Shown here: piece by piece, positions 59,042 through 64,000 of the stretch
Position numbering within the stretch: position 1 is the first letter of the stretch
How the letters are laid out: every line of letters begins with the position of its first letter
Origin: an uncultured bacterium
GTDB taxonomy: Bacteria; Patescibacteriota; JACMRA01
Reading direction: 5' to 3'
NCBI GenBank assembly: GCA_963704645.1
Contig: OY969926.1
Span: forward strand, 448,001 to 512,000
DNA: 64,000 nt
Notes under the pieces: model-generated
Databases searched by the model: none
Told to the model about the DNA's origin: nothing
What the model saw: the letters and a program-made list of their open reading frames with translations, nothing else
Made by a program: the position numbers and the translations under genes

Positions 59042-61702
59042 ATGGATGATTTATATCAAAACAGTAATCAAAATAACCAAAGCGTTATATTAGCAACAAA
59101 CAACAGCAACAACACTACTTCTTTGTTTAGTGCTTTTGATGGTTTGGGGAGTTTTCTTTACACCAGTTTTATAGTCTTGTCTGTAATTTTGGCTCTGGCA
59201 GTATTGGCTAAAGTTGCTGTAAATTTGTATAGGAAAAATTATTATAATAAGAAAAAGCTTTCTGACTGGAAAGAAACTGTCTTTCTAGAAATTACTGTTC
59301 CACAAGAGTCAGCAGAGCAAGTTCAAAAAGATCAGGGCAGTAAAAAAGAAGATAAAGATAGTATTGCGGTGGGCGAGCAAATGTTTTTAGTTATGAATGA
59401 ATTTGCCAAGACAAAGTGGAAAAATTATTTTTTTGGCACAGAGCGTTTCAGTTTAGAAATAGTTAATATAGATTCTGAAATTAGATTTTGGATGGCGTGT
59501 AGTAAAAAAACTGTGGGATTGTTAGAGAGGCAAATAGTTTCAGTTTACCCTAAAGCCTCTATTAATAAATTAGATAATGTGGATTTTTTTAAGGAAGGAA
59601 GTGTAGCTTACAGTCAGGAACTAGATTTAGCTAATAGGTTTGAACTGCCTTTCAGAACTTATAGAATGATGGAAACTGATGCCTTAAATTCGCTTACCAA
59701 TGTAATGAGTAATTTAGGTAAACAGGAATCTGCTGCTATTCAGCTAATTTTAACGCCTGTTAAAAACTCTTGGCAGAAAAAGCCTGGTGTTTTAGCTTCT
59801 AGAATTCAACAAGGTCAAAATCCTAATGAAGTTTTAAATCCTAAAAAAGATAGAACTAAAATTATTAAAGGTATATTTAAATTTTTATTTGATAGTTTTA
59901 AACCCGATAAAAAAGATAATCACAATAATCAAGATAAAAAAGAAAGAAAAATAGATTTATCAGGAAAAGAAATGGAATTAAGATTAACTCCGCAACAACA
60001 GGAAATAATTAAGAAACTTGAAGAAAAAGCATCTAGACCTGGGTTTAATTTTACTCTAAGAGTTGTTGCTTCTGCAGAAAATGATATTAGAGCTAAGCAA
60101 ATTGTAGATCAAATTGTTCCTGCTTTCCAAACTTTTGAAATAAATCCGTTCAACGGTTTTAAAAGGGTTAAATCTGATTCTAAAGAAAGTGTGCTTAACT
60201 TTTTAATGCGAGCACCTAACTTCAATAGTAAGAATATTATTAATACAGAAGAAGTTAACAGTTTGTGGCATTTACCTAATTTTCTGGTTCAAACCCCTGA
60301 TATTAGATGGCTGCTTGCAAGAAAACCAGCAATACCATTAATTGTTCCTGGCCCTGGCCCTGGAAATGTAATGTTGGGAACAGCTAAGGCTCGTGGGCAG
60401 TCTAAAGACATTTATATGAAGATGGAAGATAGGTTTAGACACATTTACGCTTTGGGAGGGTCTGGTTCTGGAAAAACTTATTTAATGGCCAATGTAATTG
60501 CCCAAGATATGCAGCTTGGTAACGGAGTTTGTGTTGTAGATCCGCATGGTGAACTTATTGATGATATTTTGAAAAGGGTTCCACCAGAAAGAGCTGATGA
60601 TGTAATAGTTTTCTCTCCTGCTTACACCGATAGACCTCTGGGCTTAAACATGTTGCAAACTGATCCGCTGAAGCCAACACAAAAAACTTTAGTAATAGAA
60701 ACTTTGTTTAATATTTGGGACAAACTATACGATTTGAAGAAAACTGGCGGTCCGATGTTTGAAAGCTACATGAAAAATTCAATGCGTTTGGTAATGAGTC
60801 ATGTTGAAAGTGGATCAACTTTGATGGAAATTCCTAAAGTTCTTTCCGATGAAGATTTTAGAACCTTCAAGTTAGCAATGTGCGATGATCAGGAAGTGGT
60901 AGATTTTTGGGAAAAGGAAGCCACAAAAGCAGGGGGTGAGGCCAGTCTTGAAAATATGGTTCCTTATATTACTTCTAAACTTGCACCTTTTACAACTAAC
61001 GACTTTTTAAGGCCTATGATTGGGCAGCAAAATAGCTGTATTAATTTTAGAGAAGCAATGGATAATAAGAAAATTATTTTGGTTAGTCTTGCTAAGGGTT
61101 TGATTGGCGAAAATTCTGCTTACTTGGTGGGTATGGTTATGATTGGAGGTTTGTTGATGGCAGGAATGGGTAGAAATGATGGTTTGAAGTATAATTTAGA
61201 TGGAACCACAACTGAAATTGAAAGTAAAGATAGAACTCCATTTTTCGTGTATATCGATGAAATGCAGAACTTTTTGTTTGACTCTATTCCAAAAGCTTTA
61301 GAAGAAATTCGTAAGTATAAAGTAGGATTTTATTTAGCTCATCAATTTGTAAAACAATTGGTTGTAGATGGTAATGAGAGAATTAAAGATTCCATAATGG
61401 CTAACTGTGCCACCAAGTTTATATACAGAGTAGGTGCAGATGACGCTGGCTATTTAGAAAAAGAATTTGGCCCAACATTAACAGCCCCAGATTTAATTAA
61501 CCCTGAAGCCAGAACCGCTAATGCTATATTATTGGTTGATGGCCAAAAAACTACACCCTTCAACTTTTTACCTAGTAAGTGGCCTGAAGGAAATAACCAG
61601 GAGCTTAGAAGACAAATTATTGAAAATACCAAACAAAAATACGGCAAGCCTAAAGAAGAAGTAGAAAAAGAAATTAGAGATAGAGCTAAGCTTTTGTTTT
61701 AG
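59042..61702 (+). CDS. VirD4/TraG-like (HerA/FtsK superfamily) membrane ATPase
   Basis: DRFRH, GGSGSGKT, DPHG, YIDEMQNF, EIRKY and AHQF. Confidence 0.88.
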   Translation: MDDLYQNSNQNNQSVILATNNSNNTTSLFSAFDGLGSFLYTSFIVLSVILALAVLAKVAVNLYRKNYYNKKKLSDWKETVFLEITVPQESAEQVQKDQGSKKEDKDSIAVGEQMFLVMNEFAKTKWKNYFFGTERFSLEIVNIDSEIRFWMACSKKTVGLLERQIVSVYPKASINKLDNVDFFKEGSVAYSQELDLANRFELPFRTYRMMETDALNSLTNVMSNLGKQESAAIQLILTPVKNSWQKKPGVLASRIQQGQNPNEVLNPKKDRTKIIKGIFKFLFDSFKPDKKDNHNNQDKKERKIDLSGKEMELRLTPQQQEIIKKLEEKASRPGFNFTLRVVASAENDIRAKQIVDQIVPAFQTFEINPFNGFKRVKSDSKESVLNFLMRAPNFNSKNIINTEEVNSLWHLPNFLVQTPDIRWLLARKPAIPLIVPGPGPGNVMLGTAKARGQSKDIYMKMEDRFRHIYALGGSGSGKTYLMANVIAQDMQLGNGVCVVDPHGELIDDILKRVPPERADDVIVFSPAYTDRPLGLNMLQTDPLKPTQKTLVIETLFNIWDKLYDLKKTGGPMFESYMKNSMRLVMSHVESGSTLMEIPKVLSDEDFRTFKLAMCDDQEVVDFWEKEATKAGGEASLENMVPYITSKLAPFTTNDFLRPMIGQQNSCINFREAMDNKKIILVSLAKGLIGENSAYLVGMVMIGGLLMAGMGRNDGLKYNLDGTTTEIESKDRTPFFVYIDEMQNFLFDSIPKALEEIRKYKVGFYLAHQFVKQLVVDGNERIKDSIMANCATKFIYRVGADDAGYLEKEFGPTLTAPDLINPEARTANAILLVDGQKTTPFNFLPSKWPEGNNQELRRQIIENTKQKYGKPKEEVEKEIRDRAKLLF

Positions 61703-61832
61703 TGGGAATTTATATAGATCAATATAAATCAATCATTTTCTAACTTTAATTATAGTTAGTTGGGTAAACTTAATTTATTTATTGACAATTTTATATTTTA
61801 TAAGCAATTAATGAGTAATTATTAATAGCCAA

Positions 61833-62468
61833 ATGTCTAATAACCCAAACAACAACGAAATATTTATGCCAGAAAACAAATCTAACAAAGCCAGTATTAT
61901 TGTTGCTATTGTAGCAATCTGCTTAATTTTAGGAGGTGTTTATTTAATTAACCAAGGTGTAAATTCTTCAAATAAGACTAAAGAAACTGCTCAGAACACA
62001 AACTCAAATAGTTCTAGTAGCAGTACTCCAACAACTTCTACTTCCACCAAGGCCACAACTAGCACAACAGAGCCAACTGAAACTACTACTCCAACAACTA
62101 ATACTGCTGCCACCACAACACCAACCACTGTAGATACAACAACTCCAGCTACTACAACTACTCCATCAACCAGTAGTACAACTACTCCTACTACAACTCC
62201 TACTACAACCACACCAGAGCCAGCTAAATTGGAAAATAATCAAATAGTAGCTAAAGCTTTATCAGTTTCGGATAGTGGAGAAACTAGATTTGAAATTAAA
62301 GAATGTGGAATACCTAACGCTACGGTTTGCAAGGCTGGAACTAAATTTACATTAACAGGCGTTAAATCTTCTGTAGATAAAACATATTTGGTTTCAGGTA
62401 ACATTACCGAAAGTAATGGAGCTTTAAGTTTGGAAAACATAATTGTAAAAGAATACACCGCAAGTTAA
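61833..62468 (+). CDS. TM-anchored protein with Thr/Pro-rich stalk
   Basis: N-terminal TM, PTTT repeats and a small Cys-pair domain. Confidence 0.75.
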   Translation: MSNNPNNNEIFMPENKSNKASIIVAIVAICLILGGVYLINQGVNSSNKTKETAQNTNSNSSSSSTPTTSTSTKATTSTTEPTETTTPTTNTAATTTPTTVDTTTPATTTTPSTSSTTTPTTTPTTTTPEPAKLENNQIVAKALSVSDSGETRFEIKECGIPNATVCKAGTKFTLTGVKSSVDKTYLVSGNITESNGALSLENIIVKEYTAS

Positions 62469-62473
62469 TTTTC

Positions 62474-62496
62474 AGCTCCGTAAGGGGCTTTTTTTA
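62474..62496 (+). terminator. Intrinsic terminator
   Basis: AGCTCC-GTAA-GGGGCT plus T-run. Confidence 0.75.
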
Positions 62497-62666
62497 TGCA
62501 TTAAATTATTCCTAAAGCTGTAGTTTCACTAAATTGAAGAAGCTTAAACGTTTTTAGATTTCAAAACAAAATGTTTATAAAGTAGTACTTTTATCTTTAT
62601 CACTGAAGTTCTTGTAATAGTTTCAATTCAAAAAGTTTAATCAAAATTGTAATTAATTTATTCAAA

Positions 62667-63503
62667 ATGATCTCTCACATTTATCCAAAAAATATTGGTA
62701 AGTATTTAAACAAGGAAGAGTTTTTTTATTCAAATCAAGTAAATAAAATTAAACTGCCAAAACATACAATCATTAGAGTTTATGGGTTATCGGGGGTAGG
62801 TAAGGGAAGGCTTTCCCAAAATTTATCTCATTCCTTAAATATTCCAAATATTGATACAGGCAAAGTTTTTAGGTCTGTTTGCTACGCTTATTTAAATTTA
62901 AATTTCAAGGAAGTAACACCTGAGAATACCGCAGAAGTTTTCAAAACTTTAAGATTCCAATTAAGCAATAATCAGTTACAGGTTTTCTTTAAGAAAAAAG
63001 AGCTTTCACAGTTGAATTTAAAAAGTGCTGAAATTGATTCAGTAATAACCATTTATTCTAAAAACATTAATTTAAGGCAGCAAACATACGATGTTATTTT
63101 AAATTTCATAACTAAAATTGATACAGCCTGTTTAACCGATGCACGGGGAGCAAGTGAAGATTATATTGATAAAGCCGAAGCTATGGGCTATAAAATAATT
63201 AGAATTTTAGTAGATGTAGACTTTGAAACAAAACTAGCCAGATACTATGAGCAAATTAAGGAGTCAGATGAGGGTAAAATTGGCCGTACTCTGCGCGCCC
63301 CAGAACGGGAGAAACTTTATAAGCATTTGTGGCAGGTTATGAAGCAGCGTGACGAAAAAGATTTAGCCATCTCCGCAAGTGGTCAGTGGAGCTTAATTAG
63401 CTCAGATTCAGCCATTATTGACACTGGAAAATATAACATTCAAGAAAGTTTCCAAATAGTTTTAGGTTATATTTATAGTTTGGTAGAGGGGGTAAATAGT
63501 TAA
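62667..63503 (+). CDS. cmk: Cytidylate kinase-like protein
   Basis: GLSGVGKG, IDTGKVFR, RDEKD and IIDT. Confidence 0.8.
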   Translation: MISHIYPKNIGKYLNKEEFFYSNQVNKIKLPKHTIIRVYGLSGVGKGRLSQNLSHSLNIPNIDTGKVFRSVCYAYLNLNFKEVTPENTAEVFKTLRFQLSNNQLQVFFKKKELSQLNLKSAEIDSVITIYSKNINLRQQTYDVILNFITKIDTACLTDARGASEDYIDKAEAMGYKIIRILVDVDFETKLARYYEQIKESDEGKIGRTLRAPEREKLYKHLWQVMKQRDEKDLAISASGQWSLISSDSAIIDTGKYNIQESFQIVLGYIYSLVEGVNS

Positions 63504-63874
63504 ACAAAATTGAAATAGTTTTTATATAAGTCTTTCATTTTCTCGTCTAAAGTAATTACATTTTTAATATTATTTTCTATGGCGCAAGCCAGTTGCAAGG
63601 CATCCTCAAAATCTTCGTCTTTGCAAATTTGTTTGGCAATTTCATAGGTTGTACTACCTTGGTTTAAAACTTTAAATCTAGATAAAATAAAGTTTAGCTC
63701 CCAGTCTTCCAACTTAATTTTTTTACCGAAGTAATAAACTATATGAACAGTTAGAAATGAAATGTATACCTGCTCATACTCATTTAGTTTTGGTAGCAAA
63801 ATTGGAACTTGCTGTCTTTTAAAAAGAAGCTCTAAAACCACGTTTGTATCAAGAAATAAAGTCTTCAATTTCAT
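63500..63874 (-). CDS. PIN-domain (VapC-like) toxin
   Basis: FLDTNV, DFEDALQ and ITLD. Confidence 0.9.
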   Translation of the reverse strand: MKLKTLFLDTNVVLELLFKRQQVPILLPKLNEYEQVYISFLTVHIVYYFGKKIKLEDWELNFILSRFKVLNQGSTTYEIAKQICKDEDFEDALQLACAIENNIKNVITLDEKMKDLYKNYFNFV

Positions 63875-64000
63875 AATATTTATCCATTAACTCTTTATAA
63901 TTTTTAACTTCCTGATATTTTTTTGGAATTCTATCTGCCGATATTATATTGAAAGCCTCGGAAATAGGGGGTTGCTGTTTTGTCTGATCTACTTTAGTTG
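63849..64000 (-). CDS. Probable antitoxin, C-terminal part (partial)
   Basis: Only open frame upstream of the PIN gene: ...KELMDKYYEIEDFIS-TGA, overlapping the toxin start. Confidence 0.5.
   Translation of the reverse strand, partial: TKVDQTKQQPPISEAFNIISADRIPKKYQEVKNYKELMDKYYEIEDFIS

Noticed and set aside
59042-61702. Integrative conjugative element
   Set aside because: No relaxase, integrase, mating-pair genes or att repeats nearby
1-64000. Active genetic code 25 or 4 with frequent sense TGA
   Set aside because: rpoC, gyrB and the other long genes are uninterrupted under code 11, and Trp uses TGG

Overview
AT-rich bacterial chromosome segment that looks like Patescibacteria/CPR (inferred from gene content, not confirmed). 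Core genes are scattered: rpsB end-rpmG-rpmI-rplT, gyrB, infC, xth, ruvC, ruvB, ftsW/rodA, rpoC without rpoB, tig, lepB, trxA, and pgl/rpiB/rpe. There are four tRNAs, a solitary 5S rRNA, two complete IS elements and two toxin genes. Main observations: (1) none of 60 credible CDS stops is TGA (35 TAA, 25 TAG), and TGA is not used inside these genes either. (2) A mosaic family of Cys/Thr-rich surface proteins is present; two members share a 1025-bp near-identical 3' block and a conserved leader around unrelated middles, with structured repeats nearby. (3) recJ is cleanly split into two genes 32 kb apart and recG lacks its N-terminal third. (4) A leader-peptide attenuator precedes an unknown enzyme plus a QueD-like gene. 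(5) TTGACA sits about 35 nt before many start codons, suggesting leaderless mRNAs. All calls come from reading the sequence; no searches were run.
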